64,000 nucleotides of DNA, taken from Polyangiaceae bacterium (GTDB taxonomy: Bacteria > Myxococcota_A > Polyangia > Polyangiales > Polyangiaceae). Positions 47,877-59,048 of this stretch are shown piece after piece. The stretch lies in the NCBI GenBank assembly GCA_041389765.1, contig JAWKRE010000002.1, positions 75,908 to 139,907 of the forward strand, in the 5' to 3' direction. Position 1 is the stretch's first letter. Each line of letters starts with the position of its first letter. The notes below the pieces were generated by a model that was not told where the DNA came from, did no database searches, and worked only from the letters and a program-made list of their open reading frames with translations. A program made the translations under genes and the position numbers.

Positions 47877-49228
47877 TCAGGGGCGGTACGAGAAGCGGAC
47901 TTCATGGTCGCAGATGCGGAACATGTCGCCCTCGGCAATGGCCTTTCGCGCGATGCGCTGGCCGTTGTACTCGACGCCGTTCGTCGAGCCCATGTCGACC
48001 ATGTAGAACTGGCCGTTCAGGAACTCGACCATCGCGTGCTGGCGCGACACGTTCGGGTCCTTGATGGTCAGATCGCTCGACTGCTTGCCGCGGCCGATGA
48101 TGAAGCGGTCCTTGTTGACCGGGAATTTCTGTCCGCCGTAGAACGCCTGGAGCGGCGGCATTCCTCCGCCCATCGCCTGCGGGGGAGGCGGTTGCTGCAC
48201 GCCGAACGGAGGCGGCGCCTGCATCGGCGGCGGGCCCTGGAGGGGCGGCGGCTGCATGGGCGGCGGGCCCGACTGGATCGGCGGCGGGGCCGGCGGCATC
48301 GGGGGCGGGGCCGGCGGCATCGGCGGGCCGCCCATTCCGGGCGGCGGCGGCACCATCGGCGGCGGGCCACCCATGCTCATGGGAGGCGGACCGCTCATGC
48401 TGGGGGGACCCATGCCCGGCGGCTGCATCGGAGGCGGACCCATGGGGGCGGACCCATCGGCGGCCCGGGCGGAGGCGGCGGAGCAGGCGCGTAGGCGCCC
48501 GTCGGTGCGCCGGGAGGCGGCGGCGGGGGCGGTGCGGAGCCGGGGCGCGCGGCGCCATCGGTCGCACGGTGCCGCCGGGGGAGGCGGGGGCGGGGGGCCA
48601 TGCGCCCGCTCGGGGAGGGGGCGGGGGCGCACGCCGCTCGGCGCGGGAGGAGGCGCGGGCACGCTCGGACGCTTCGTCGCCATCGGGGGCGGGGGCGGGG
48701 GCGCGCCGCCGGGTCGCTGGCCGGGGAGCGGACCGAGGCCCGGATCGGCGGGGGCGTGTAGGCGCCGGGCTGGCCGGGAGCGGGCGGAGGCGGCGGTGGG
48801 GGTGCGCCGCCGAAGCTGACCGGCGGGGGCGGGGGCGGACCGCCCATCGGAGGCGGCGGCGGCGCGACACCCGGGTAGCCGCCCGACATGCCCGTGGGGG
48901 CCGGCGGCGGGGGAGGCATGCCGGGCCCGGGGGGGGGCGGCGGCTGCTGGAAGCCGTGGGGCGAGGGCGGGGGCGCTGGAACGCCAGGATTTCCGGGCGG
49001 TTGCGGGATCGCGTGCGGTCCCGAGCCGGGCGCCTGTCCGTCGCGCGTGTTGCCGGGGAACGGGGTGCGCGGGCTGTAGCTTCGCTGCCGCGCGTACTGC
49101 TTCATCGACTCGTTGATCAGATAGTCAATCGAGCACTCGAGCTCGCGCGCCATCTGCTCGAACGTCTCCCACAGGACGTCGCGGCACTGAAAAGTCCGTG
49201 CGCTCTTCTTGTTGGGATCCGCGCTCAT
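47877..49228 (-). CDS. FHA-domain protein with N-terminal helical domain and long poly-Pro linker; apparent frameshift inside the linker
   Basis: C-terminal FHA (FIIGRGKQSSDLTIKDPNVSRQHAMVEF...GSTNGVEYNG) sits in frame 47877..48683. The N-terminus (MSADPNKKSARTFQCRDVLWETFEQMARELECSIDYLINESMKQYARQ) plus PPPP repeats sit in frame 48395..49228. Confidence 0.55.
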
Positions 49229-51027
49229 TTCTTCTCGTCCTTCTTGGGCTCGTCTTTCTTGGGCTCGTCCTTCTTGGCCTCGTCCTTCTTGGCCTCCGGA
49301 GCCCGATCCAGCATCGCCGGCTCGACGCAGTACTTCACGAAGTCGCCCACCGTCCTGATCTCTTTCTGCTCGCGTTCCTTCGGGTCCTTCGGATCCTTCG
49401 CGCCTTCCTTCGGCACCTCGCAGGCCCAGCGGCAGTCGTAGTCGAGGTCGCAGCTCGGCGCGGACGTGGAGTCGGATTCGAGGGGCCGCACCTCCTCGAT
49501 CTGCGTCTTGTTGCCGAGCGTCAGGTAGTAGGACAGCGCGGTCGTTCGCACGACGCCGGGGCCCGAGGTGAGGTGCTTCTTCAGCACCTCAGGGACGTTG
49601 CCTTCCTTCAGCTCGCCGATGATGGCACCGTACGTGATCGCCTCTGCCATGGCGAAGTTCTTGCCGTCGGCGGGGAGCTTGCTCATGAACTCGTCGAGGT
49701 GCTTGACGGTGCTCATCTTCAGCACCGTCGCCGCGGCCACGCGACGGATCTTCCACTTGTCCCCCTTGAACATCTCGTAGAGCTTGTCGACGACCTGATC
49801 GCGGGGCATCTCGCCGGCGCGGCGGAACGCGAGGTCGAGGACCGAGTCGGGCGCGTCCGACTTGGCGATGTCGAGGACGCGCTTGATGTCGTCGGCGTTG
49901 CTGCGCTCGAGCTTGCCTTCGAGGGCGGCGAGCGCGGCGGTGCGGCGCTTCTCGATCTGCTCCTTCCGCAGGTCCCACAGCGCCTGCGCGATCGCGGCCT
50001 TGTCCTTGGCCTCCTTGTCGGCCTTGGCGTCGGCGGCCTCGGGGCGCTTGCCGAGGTCGGGGCCCTTGTCGCCCGCGAAGTCGAGGCAGAAATCGATCGC
50101 AGGGCGCCCGCCGACCTTCTTGATCGAGCCGAACGTGCGCATGAGCTCCTCGCCCTGGTAGGTGAGGAGCTGCATCTGGAACTGGTCCGGCGTGGGCTGG
50201 AGCTTCGACGCGGCGTTGGCGGTCTCCAGCTCCGGCTTCTTCACCTTCATCCACTCGTCGGAGGCGATGTATTTCGCGATGCCGACGAGCGCGGCGGACG
50301 CGGCCTCCTTCGTCTTCGCGTCGCCCAGCTCGGCGACGAGGCTGGCCATCTGATCGAGGCGGCGCGTGTCGCGCGTCATGAGCTTGGGCAGGCCCACGAC
50401 AGCCGTCGGTCCGATCATCCGCAGGAGCTGCTCCATCCCGTAGAGCTGGCTGCGGTTGTCGAGCCGGTGCTCGAAGTCGGCCATGGCCCACTCCACGAGC
50501 GCGTCCTTCAAGTTCTGCTTGAGGGTCTCGTCCGTGATGACCGTGCGCTCCGAGACGAGCATCGCGTGCGCGGCGTCCTTGTAAGGGAACGACGCGTCCG
50601 GCGGCGATTGCCCCGCCTGCGCGGTGGGCGGCGGCTTCTTCAGCTCGTCGATGATCTGCGGCACGAGGCCGGCGACGATCTGCTGGCGCGTGTCGGAGGA
50701 GACCGAGGCCAGCGCCTCGACGAACGTGCGCTTGCACGCCTCCCCCTCGCCTTCCTGGTCGATGTTGGAGAACGCTGGCCGGCGCCCCGAGCGGGGCTTC
50801 ATCCGGATGAGCGCCAGCGTCGCCTCGACGCGCAGCCCCACGTCGTACTTGTCGTGGACAAGCACGGCGCACAGCTTCCGTGGGCCCTGGCTGGTGGTCT
50901 CCCAGCGGTGGATGTCGTTTTGATCGACGCGGCACCCCCCGAGGAGCGGCGCCACACCCACCGCGATCAAGAGCGAAAGCCGCGGTGCGAAGCGAGATCG
51001 CGAGCGGGGAGCAGGCGAGCTTTTCAC
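49225..51027 (-). CDS. Lipoprotein, hypothetical (HEAT/helical, K/E-rich)
   Basis: Lipobox LLGGC after a GTG (VKSSPAPRSRSRFAPRLSLLIAVGVAPLLGGC). KKDEPKKDEPKKDEKK tail. 4-nt overlap with the downstream FHA gene. Confidence 0.5.
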   Translation of the reverse strand: MKSSPAPRSRSRFAPRLSLLIAVGVAPLLGGCRVDQNDIHRWETTSQGPRKLCAVLVHDKYDVGLRVEATLALIRMKPRSGRRPAFSNIDQEGEGEACKRTFVEALASVSSDTRQQIVAGLVPQIIDELKKPPPTAQAGQSPPDASFPYKDAAHAMLVSERTVITDETLKQNLKDALVEWAMADFEHRLDNRSQLYGMEQLLRMIGPTAVVGLPKLMTRDTRRLDQMASLVAELGDAKTKEAASAALVGIAKYIASDEWMKVKKPELETANAASKLQPTPDQFQMQLLTYQGEELMRTFGSIKKVGGRPAIDFCLDFAGDKGPDLGKRPEAADAKADKEAKDKAAIAQALWDLRKEQIEKRRTAALAALEGKLERSNADDIKRVLDIAKSDAPDSVLDLAFRRAGEMPRDQVVDKLYEMFKGDKWKIRRVAAATVLKMSTVKHLDEFMSKLPADGKNFAMAEAITYGAIIGELKEGNVPEVLKKHLTSGPGVVRTTALSYYLTLGNKTQIEEVRPLESDSTSAPSCDLDYDCRWACEVPKEGAKDPKDPKEREQKEIRTVGDFVKYCVEPAMLDRAPEAKKDEAKKDEPKKDEPKKDEKK

Positions 51028-51337
51028 CTGATCCACCCCGGACACGCGACCTCCCCTGGTTCGTTCGACGATTGCCATTCGAGTCCTGGACCTGGGGCGG
51101 GATGGTACCTTCTGTGCAATGGACCCTCCAAGAAGTTTCCCTTTGCGTTCGGCGGGATCGAACAAAACCGCGCGCGCTGCGAGGCGACTTCGATGGAGGC
51201 TCCGCCGCCGAGCGCGGCCCCGCTCCTGACGCGTTGCGCGCCCTACCCACCCTCGTTTTCACAAGGGCTTCGGGCCCTTCCGGTCAACATTTTGGCCCGC
51301 CCCCGGACGACGCCGTACACCCGTACCTCTCGTCCTC

Positions 51338-54300
51338 ATGGGTGTCTCTCTCTTCGCTCCGCGTCGCTCCCTCGCTTCGGACGGTGACGGCTCCGATGTC
51401 GTCGCCGCCGAGGCCGAGGCGAAGCCTGCCCGCCGTCGCTCCTCGGCCACCGGCGCCGCGCGCAGCAAGGCCGGCGCGCCCGACAAGCCCTCGGGCGACG
51501 CGACCACGCCGCCCCCCAGGGCCGCCCGCGCTCGATCCGCCGGCCCCAAGGCCGCCCCGACAGCGTCTCCCAAGACCTCGTCTTCCGCGGTGACCTCCCC
51601 CGGCGCCCCCGCGACAGGCTCCGGCGCCGGCAAGCTGGTCCACGGCTACGCGCGCGAGGCCTCCGCGCTCCTCCTTCTCGCGTCGGCCCTGTATGTGACC
51701 CTCGCCCTCGCCTCCTTCGCGGGCGATCCCATGCGCCCCGAGGTGTCGGGCGCCGACTGGGTCGGCCCTGTCGGCGCCGCCTTCGCGGGCGCGCTCGTGC
51801 AGGCCGTCGGCGCGTGCGCGTGGCTCGTCCCCCTGGATCTCGCGCTCTTCGCGGCCCCGCTCCTCAAGGCTCGCCGCAGCAAGGTCACCTTCGTCCGCGT
51901 GTCGGGCGATCTCGTCGTCCTCGTCGTCGCCTCGGCGCTGCTGCACGTCGCCTTCCCTGCGAGCACCGCCTTTGGCGCGATGCCTCTCGGCGGCGGCGCG
52001 GGCGAGCTCTTCGGCGAGGTGATGCGCGCCCTCTTCTCGACGCTCGGCTCGTACATCGTCGGCCTCACCGTCGTCTCGCTCATCCTCATCGGCCGCGCCG
52101 CCTTCTCGATCATCGACTGGGCGCAGCGCGCCGAGCGCCGCGCGAAGCTCCTCCGCGAGCGCGGCGAGGGCGGCATCCGTGCGCTCGTCGGAGCGTGGGA
52201 TCAGGCCCGCGCCCTCGACGAGCAGCTCCGCGAGGAGGAGCGCAAGGCCAGCGAGCCCCTCATCACCGAAGCCTGCGACGAGGCCATCGTCGCGGCCCTC
52301 GGCGACGACTCGCCCTCCACCTTCCCCCGCGTGAAGCCGCTCCTCGCGACCGGCGGCTCCGGCCTCTCCACCTCGATCGGCGCCCTCGTCACCGAGCCTG
52401 CCCTCGGCTCGCTCGCCACCCCGAGCCTCGCCCGCGGCGCCCGCGCCGAAGCCCCCACACCTCTCCCCGCCGCCCGCTCCGCCCTCGCCGACGCCCGCTC
52501 CGCCCTCGCCGACGCGCGCGCCGAAGCCCCCACCCCGACCCCCGCCGCCCTCGCCTCCGAGAAGAAGCGAGGTCGCCGAAAAACATCGAACGATCCGGCA
52601 CTTGCAGCCGCCGCCCTCGCCGGAGCCGCCGCCGGCACCGCTGCCGGCAGCGCCTCTGCCGGAGCCTCTGCCGGAGCCTCCCCCGACCCCGCCGCCCTCG
52701 CCGCGAGGGAAGCCGCCCAGGACGCGCCCCCCGCCTCCGAAGGCCCGCGCGTCATCTTCCACATCGATCCCGGCGCCGCGCCCGACCCCGCCGGCCCGAC
52801 GGAAGCCGCCGACTTCGACACGGCGAGCCCCGCCGCAGGCGATGCGTTCGACATGGAGGCCACGCAGGACGAGCCGCCGCGCGCGATGCGGCCGCCCCCC
52901 CCTCTGCCGAACACCGCCGCAACGACGAACGCCGCCGCCACCACGAGCGCCGCCCCCGCGCGCCGCGCCGAGCCGCCGCCCGAGCCCGAGCCCGAGCCTG
53001 TCATCGTCGACACGAGCGCCGCCCTCGAAGCGCAGAGGCCTTCGGAGCTCGTGAAGATCGTCCCCGCCATCGGCGAAGGCTTCCGCCTGCCCAGGCCGGA
53101 CATGCTCGAAGAGGCCCCCGGCGGTCGCGTCCACGTCGACGGCGATCAGCTCAAGCAGACCGCGCAGCAGCTCGAAAAGGTCCTCTCCGACTACGGCGTG
53201 AACGGCAAGGTCGAGGAGATCCACCCCGGCCCCACGGTGACCACGTTCGAGGTCTCGCCCGCCGCCGGCACCAAGGTCTCGAAGGTCGCGAGCCTCGCCG
53301 ACGATCTCGCCCTCGGCCTCTCGCGCAAGGTCCGCATCGTCGCGCCGATCCCCGGCAAGAACCGCGTCGGCTTCGAGGTCCCCAACGAGCGCCGCATGCC
53401 CGTCGTGATGCGCGAGCTCGTCGAGGACAAGCGCTTCCTGGAGATGAAGGCCCCGCTCCCCTGCGTGCTTGGCCGCGACATCATCGGCGCCCCCTTCTTC
53501 GCCGATCTCGCCAGCATGCCGCACGTGATCGTCGCGGGCGCGACCGGCGCCGGCAAGAGCGTCGGCCTCAACGTGATGCTCGTGAGCCTCCTCTACCGCC
53601 GCACGCCCGCCGAGCTGCGCCTCCTCATGATCGATCCCAAGGTCGTCGAGCTCGCTCCCTTCGACGGCATCCCGCACATGTTGCTCCCCGTCGTCACCGA
53701 CATGAAGCAGGCGTCGAACGCGCTCAAGTGGGCCGTCGACGAGATGGAGCGCCGCTACCAGCTCTTCGCGAACGCTGGCACCCGCAACATCACCTCGTAC
53801 AACGCGTGGGCCGAGCGCGTGCAGAAGGGCGAGATCCGCGCGCCCAAGAAGGCCCTCCCGCGCACCGTCTCCGCCATCGCCCCCGACGGCACCGACGTCG
53901 AGGTCCCCGCCGCCGCCGACGGCTCCGACTTCGATCTCCCCGAGACGCTCCCCTTCATCGTGATCGTCGTCGACGAGTTCGCCGATCTCATGATGCAGCA
54001 GGGCAAGGACGTGGAGGCCAGCGTCGCCCGCCTCGCGCAGAAGGCTCGCGCCGCCGGCATGCACGTCATCCTCGCGACGCAGCGCCCGAGCGTCGACGTC
54101 ATCACCGGCATGATCAAGGCGAACTTCCCCACGCGCATCGCCTTCCGAGTCGCGCAGAAGGTCGACAGCCGCACCATCCTCGACGAGCAGGGTGCCGAGC
54201 ATCTCCTTGGCAAGGGCGACATGCTCGTGAAGATGAACGGCTCGAACGAGACGCGCCGCGTGCAGTGCCCGTTCTGCTCCGAGGAAGAGGTGCAGCGCGT

Positions 54301-54595
54301 GACCGACTTCCTCCGCCTGCAAGGCACCCCTGTCTACGACGAGAGCATCCTCAAGCCGCGCGACGAGGACGACGAAGGCGGAGGCGACGCCGAGAGCGAC
54401 GAGCTCGACGCCATGTACGACGCCGCCGTCCGCGTGGTCGCCGACACCCGCCGCTGCTCCACCTCCTGGATCCAGCGCAAGCTCGGCATCGGCTACAACC
54501 GCGCGGCCAAGATCGTCGAGGCGATGGAGAAGCGCGGCGTCGTCGGCCCCGCGAACGGCGCCAAGGATCGCGAGGTCCTCATCAGCGCCCTCTAG
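51338..54595 (+). CDS. ftsK: DNA translocase FtsK/SpoIIIE
   Basis: N-terminal 4 TM, long P/A-rich linker, motor domain GATGAGKSVGLN (Walker A), IVVDEFADLM (Walker B), and a winged-helix gamma domain (RKLGIGYNRAAKIVEAMEKRGVVGP). Confidence 0.9.
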   Translation: MGVSLFAPRRSLASDGDGSDVVAAEAEAKPARRRSSATGAARSKAGAPDKPSGDATTPPPRAARARSAGPKAAPTASPKTSSSAVTSPGAPATGSGAGKLVHGYAREASALLLLASALYVTLALASFAGDPMRPEVSGADWVGPVGAAFAGALVQAVGACAWLVPLDLALFAAPLLKARRSKVTFVRVSGDLVVLVVASALLHVAFPASTAFGAMPLGGGAGELFGEVMRALFSTLGSYIVGLTVVSLILIGRAAFSIIDWAQRAERRAKLLRERGEGGIRALVGAWDQARALDEQLREEERKASEPLITEACDEAIVAALGDDSPSTFPRVKPLLATGGSGLSTSIGALVTEPALGSLATPSLARGARAEAPTPLPAARSALADARSALADARAEAPTPTPAALASEKKRGRRKTSNDPALAAAALAGAAAGTAAGSASAGASAGASPDPAALAAREAAQDAPPASEGPRVIFHIDPGAAPDPAGPTEAADFDTASPAAGDAFDMEATQDEPPRAMRPPPPLPNTAATTNAAATTSAAPARRAEPPPEPEPEPVIVDTSAALEAQRPSELVKIVPAIGEGFRLPRPDMLEEAPGGRVHVDGDQLKQTAQQLEKVLSDYGVNGKVEEIHPGPTVTTFEVSPAAGTKVSKVASLADDLALGLSRKVRIVAPIPGKNRVGFEVPNERRMPVVMRELVEDKRFLEMKAPLPCVLGRDIIGAPFFADLASMPHVIVAGATGAGKSVGLNVMLVSLLYRRTPAELRLLMIDPKVVELAPFDGIPHMLLPVVTDMKQASNALKWAVDEMERRYQLFANAGTRNITSYNAWAERVQKGEIRAPKKALPRTVSAIAPDGTDVEVPAAADGSDFDLPETLPFIVIVVDEFADLMMQQGKDVEASVARLAQKARAAGMHVILATQRPSVDVITGMIKANFPTRIAFRVAQKVDSRTILDEQGAEHLLGKGDMLVKMNGSNETRRVQCPFCSEEEVQRVTDFLRLQGTPVYDESILKPRDEDDEGGGDAESDELDAMYDAAVRVVADTRRCSTSWIQRKLGIGYNRAAKIVEAMEKRGVVGPANGAKDREVLISAL

Positions 54596-54754
54596 CCCGC
54601 GCGATCCACGAGGGCTCGGCGCGCCGCGTCCAGGCACCTTGTTGCGGCCCGATCATGCCTGTCCCGACCGCTCTGCCCGGTCACGAGGAGGCCAGTCTGC
54701 GTTCGCACACTCTTCGTATTCTATTTGGGCGCGAGCGTCCCACTTGTCCCGAGC

Positions 54755-54822
54755 CCGGGCCTCGGCGAAACCGACCGGTCCCCCCGCCTCGAACCTCCGT
54801 GCGCGCGCACATCGAACCTGCC
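54755..54822 (+). repeat. Partial degenerate copy of 3' module of the dispersed repeat
   Basis: CTCGGCGAAACCGACCGGTCCCCCGCCTCG...GCGCGCGCACATCGAACCTG resembles GTTCGGCGAGACCGTCGCGATGCCCGCCATG...GCGCGG..CTGCGCATCGAAATG of copy 1. Confidence 0.3.
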
Positions 54823-54982
54823 CCCCGCGCAGCACATCCGTCTCGGGCGCGCTCGTTGCTTGTCGTGGTGTGCCGACCCCTGCGGCGCCGCTCGCATGGA
54901 ACGTGCTTGCCGTCGGTTGTAAAGCGAAATCGTCACAAGGGCTTTGACTTTCGCAGGCCGATGCTTCAAACACGAGCCCGTG

Positions 54983-55192
54983 ATGCTTGCGGAAGAGCAC
55001 CGCACGCGGCTTATTGGCGAGATCGCCAAGGTGCTTCGAGAAGAATGTCTCCCGGACGAGGCGCGAGCGGCGGGGCTCGTGCTGATCGGTTGGCTGGCTC
55101 GTCGCATGCCGGGCGAGAGCCCTCACGCCCTCGGCGTCGAGGAGATGCGCGCCGCCTGCGCCCTCCGCAAGAACGCCCGCTCCGAGCCGTAG
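54983..55192 (+). CDS. Small hypothetical protein (69 aa)
   Basis: MLAEEHRTRLIGEIAKVLREECLPDEARAAGLVLIGWLARRMPGESPHALGVEEMRAACALRKNARSEP. Locally lower GC. TTGACT -35-like hexamer upstream. Confidence 0.3.
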   Translation: MLAEEHRTRLIGEIAKVLREECLPDEARAAGLVLIGWLARRMPGESPHALGVEEMRAACALRKNARSEP

Positions 55193-55273
55193 CCTCCGCG
55201 TGGAGCGAGGGCGTCGGGGGTTCGTCGCTCAGAATGTCGAGCCGCTGTCGCGCTTGTGATACCAAGGAGCACC

Positions 55274-58200
55274 ATGGCACAGCGGGCGGTCGACCTCCCG
55301 AAGCCGCAGCCCGACGACGCCGAGGACGTCGTGGACTGGCTGACCACCGCCCGCGCCCTCTGGGGCAGCGGCGAGCGCGCCGATGCGCTCGTCTGGCTCC
55401 GTCGCGCCGCCGAGGCCGCCGCGCAGGCGGGCCAGCCTTTCCGCGCCTCCGAGATCGGCATGTACGTCACCGCCATCGAGGAGTCGATCGGCGACGCCCC
55501 CGCGGACCCCCCCGCTCGCCCCGCGGATCGCCCCTCCCAGGACACGCTGGTCGATCCGTCCGAGGCGTTCGGCGCCCTCGCCGGCGAGGTCCTCCGCAGC
55601 AAGCTCACCTCGATCGAGGTCGACATCGACGACGACACGCTCACCGAGACGACCCCCCCCGGTCTCCTCGCAGAGGGCGCCGCCCTCGGCCCCGCGATGG
55701 TCGCCCGCGTCGCCCCCCCCGACCCGAAGCCGAAGGCTCCGCCCCCGCCGGTGCAGCCCCCTCCGCCCCCGAAGGTCGTGGTCCAGGTCGGCAGCGCCCC
55801 CCCGCTCTCCGCACCCCCGCCTCCGCCGGCCCCCGGCTCTCCCCCGCCGGCGATCCCTCCCGCGAAGGCCCTCCTCCCCCCGCCCCCCGGCTTCATCCCG
55901 CAGCTCTATCCCCCCGCGGAGACGACGGTGAGGAGACGACGCTCGTCTCCGGCACCCTCCGCGCGGCGGCTCTCAAGGGTGGTCCCGGCGCCACCGTATC
56001 GTTCGGCGCCTCCCCGCGCGCCTCCACCCCCGCCGCCCCCGTGCGCGCGCCCGGCAGCGTGGCCCCGCCCCCGCCCCCTCGGCGCAGGCCAGCGGCGCCC
56101 CCCGCCCCCGCAGAAGACCTGTTCTCCACCTCCCCCGACGCTCGCCCCCCGCCCGCCGAACCCGGCTTCCGCCCCGCCGCCGCCTCCGTCATCGAGCAGC
56201 AGCCGTCCGGCCGCGTCGTCGGCGGGCTCGTCGAGCCCCCGGGCAGGCTCCCCCTCCCGTCGGTCACCGGCTTCGGCACCCCCGCGCGCTCCTCCGCCCG
56301 TCGTGCGGCCCGCGCCCCCGCGTCCCCATCCTCGATCCCTGGGCCGAGGACGACGGCACGGCCGCTCGCCCGCCGAAGCCGATCCCCCCGCCCCAAGTCC
56401 GGCTCCGAAGAGGTCGTCGTCGTCCGCGCCCGCTTCCCCTCCATGCACGAGGAGGACGACGTGTTCACCTCCGCCGCCCCGCTCCCTGCGGCGATGCGGC
56501 GCAACCCCCGCCCGCGCCGCCGCCGGCCCCTGCCGCCGCGCCGCCGGCTCCCTCGGCCCCGCCGGCTCCCTCGGCCCCGCGCTCGGCCCCGCCCTCCGCG
56601 CGCGCTGCCTCCCCGCGCGCTCCACCTCTGCGGTCACGACCAGGCTCGGCCGGCTCACCAATCCTGTTGATATCGCTCCGAAATCGGTCCCCCGCCGCGC
56701 CCGGCCCCCGCCCCGAGGCGGACCGCACGGCCTCCACCGATCGCACGGGCGTCGCTCGCGCCGCCGCGAAGCCCGCCGCCGGCGCTCCCCCCGCGCCGGA
56801 CGGGTCCGGCGTCGATCTCGCCTCCACCGACGCTGACGCCGCCGCCGACGCCGCGGCCGCGGCTGTCCCGCCTGCTCCTCGTCTCGCCGCCGGCAGCGCC
56901 TCGCCGACGCCCCCGCCGTCTCGCCCCCGGCCCGGACGTGCCGACTCTCCCTTCCGCGAAGTCACCGCTCGCCCACCTGCGCCCTGGCGGCTCTGCGCAC
57001 CCGCCTTCCGCGAAGACCGCCGCGAGGCCCTCGTCCCGCGCCGCCGCGAGCGCGCCGCCGGCGAAGCCGTCCGTGCCTTCGGTGCCCGCGGCGCCTGCCG
57101 CCGCCGTCTCGGCCCCCCCACCGGCGAAGGCGCCCGCCGTTCGCGTGCCCACCGTCCCGCCGGCCCCTGCGTCCTCGCAGCTCGCCGCCGCGTCGCCTGA
57201 CTCTGCCCCCTCCGCGACCGGCAAGACACCTTCGGTGTTCCCCCCGCCGGCTCCCAGGTCCGTGAAGGCGGCTTCCGTGGTGCCGCCCGCGGCTCCGTCA
57301 GCGAGGCAGGCCTCCGTGGCGCCTCCCGCGGCTCCGTCAGCGAAGCAGGCCTCCGTGGCGCCTCCCGCGGCTCCGTCGGCGAGGCAACCGTCGGCGGCGG
57401 CGGCTTCTGCCAGGTCTGCGAGGGTTGCTTCGGTGGCGCCGCCCGCGGCCCCGTCCGTCAAGTCCACGCCTTCGAGCGGCGCGCTGGTGGCGAAGAAGTC
57501 TATCTCGGTGGCGCCGCCTCCCGGCGCAAGCCCCGCCCGTCCGTCCTCCGCCTCGTCGCCGGCCTCTTCGCCTGCTGCGCCGTCCGCCTCGCCCGCCCCG
57601 TCCGCCCGCGCCTCGTCGGCGAAACCTGCGCCGGGCAGCCCTTCGCCGTCCGCCTCCGCGCCGCCCGCTTCCGCCGCCGCGAAATCCGCCTCCGCGCCGC
57701 CGGCCTCCGCCGCCGCGAAATCCGCGTCCGCGCCGCCCGCTTCCGCCGCCGCGAAATCCGCCTCCGCGCCGCCGGCCTCCGCCGCCAAGTCCGCCTCCGC
57801 GCCCGCGAGCCCCGCTGCGCCTGCGGTCGCAGGGAAGCCTTCGTCCGCCGGCCCCGCGGCCCGCAAGGCCGTCGCGCCCGCCGCCGCGCCCTCTTCCGCG
57901 CCCGCCGCCCGCAAGCCTGCCTCCGTGGTTCCGGCCGCGCCTTCCGCCTCGCGGTTGAAGCCGTCGGCGCGCCCGCCGAGGCCGGCGACCGTGCCGCCGC
58001 CTCCCCAGCCCGCGCAGGCTCCGCTCGACGCGGACGAGGTGCTCTCGTCGTTCGATCCGGCGCGCGCCACGCTCCCGCTCATGCTCGAGATCGAGCCGCG
58101 CCCCGTGGACGTTCCGTCGATGCGCGCGACCCTGCCGATGCCGATCGAGGTTCCCCGCCAGATCGAGGCCTTCTTCGAGGCGCAGGAGGCCGCCGCCGAG

Positions 58201-58956
58201 CCGCCCGTCGAGCTCGAAGGGGTGCCCCTCGCGGGCGTCGACATCTTCGAAGGTCTCCCGCGGAAGGTGCTGGAGCGCCTGGCCGCCGGGGCTGGCGTCC
58301 TCCAGCTCGCGCAGGACGAGGAAGTATCGAGCTTCGGCGCGGCGCTCGTCCTCTCGGGCGCCGCCGTCGTCTGCGCCACCATCGTCGACGCCGCGGCGCA
58401 CTGGCCTTCCCCCGCCGAGCTCCTCGTCGCGAACGGCACGCTCTCCGATGGCATCGCCCTGCGCGTCGTCGGTGCGGAGGGTGGCGCCACCGTCGCCGTG
58501 TGGAGCCGCGACTTCCTCGACGAGCTCCTCTCGCGCCACGCCGCCAACCAGAACAAGGCTCGCGCGCGCGGCGATCACCTCCAGGCCCTCTCCGGCGCGA
58601 CGATGGGCCCCTTCGGCGAGCTCGACGACGACGATCGCAACGCCCTCGCGGTCGAGCTCACCGTGCGCTGCCTGATGCCCGGCGAGATCTGGATCGAAGA
58701 CGGCGCGCCCGCCCCCGCGATCGTCCTCGTCGGCGCCGGCAGCGTCGAGCTCTACGGCCCCATCTCGGAGGAGACCAACGAGACGGTCGACCCTGGCATG
58801 CTCGTCTTCCCGGACCTCGTCGGCCTCGGCGGTGACGCCAGCTCTTCGGTCCGCGCCGGCCCCGGCGGAGCGCTCCTCCTCCTCGCCGACCGCGCCACCT
58901 CCGACCGCATGTGCGCCCGCGTCCCCGACCTCGCCGAGCGCCTCCGCGACGTATGA
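55274..58956 (+). CDS. Large P/A/S-rich low-complexity protein with N-terminal helical domain and C-terminal cNMP-binding-like domains; at least one frameshift in the repeat region (or two genes)
   Basis: Frame 55256..56836 starts MAQRAVDLPKPQPDDAEDVVDWLTTARALWGSGERADALVWLRRAAEAAAQAG. Frame 56938..58956 ends with two beta-barrel cNMP-like segments (FEGLPRKVLERLAAGAGV...; ...LMPGEIWIEDGAPAPAIVLVGAGSVELY). Between them lie >2 kb of PAxSAxPPA repeats. Confidence 0.45.
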
Positions 58957-59048
58957 GACGTATGACCCCCCCTCGTGCGGCGCCCCCCCTCGCGCGCCGC
59001 GCCGACTCCGCTCCTCCGATCGCCCCGGCTGCCTGACGCCCCGGCTGC

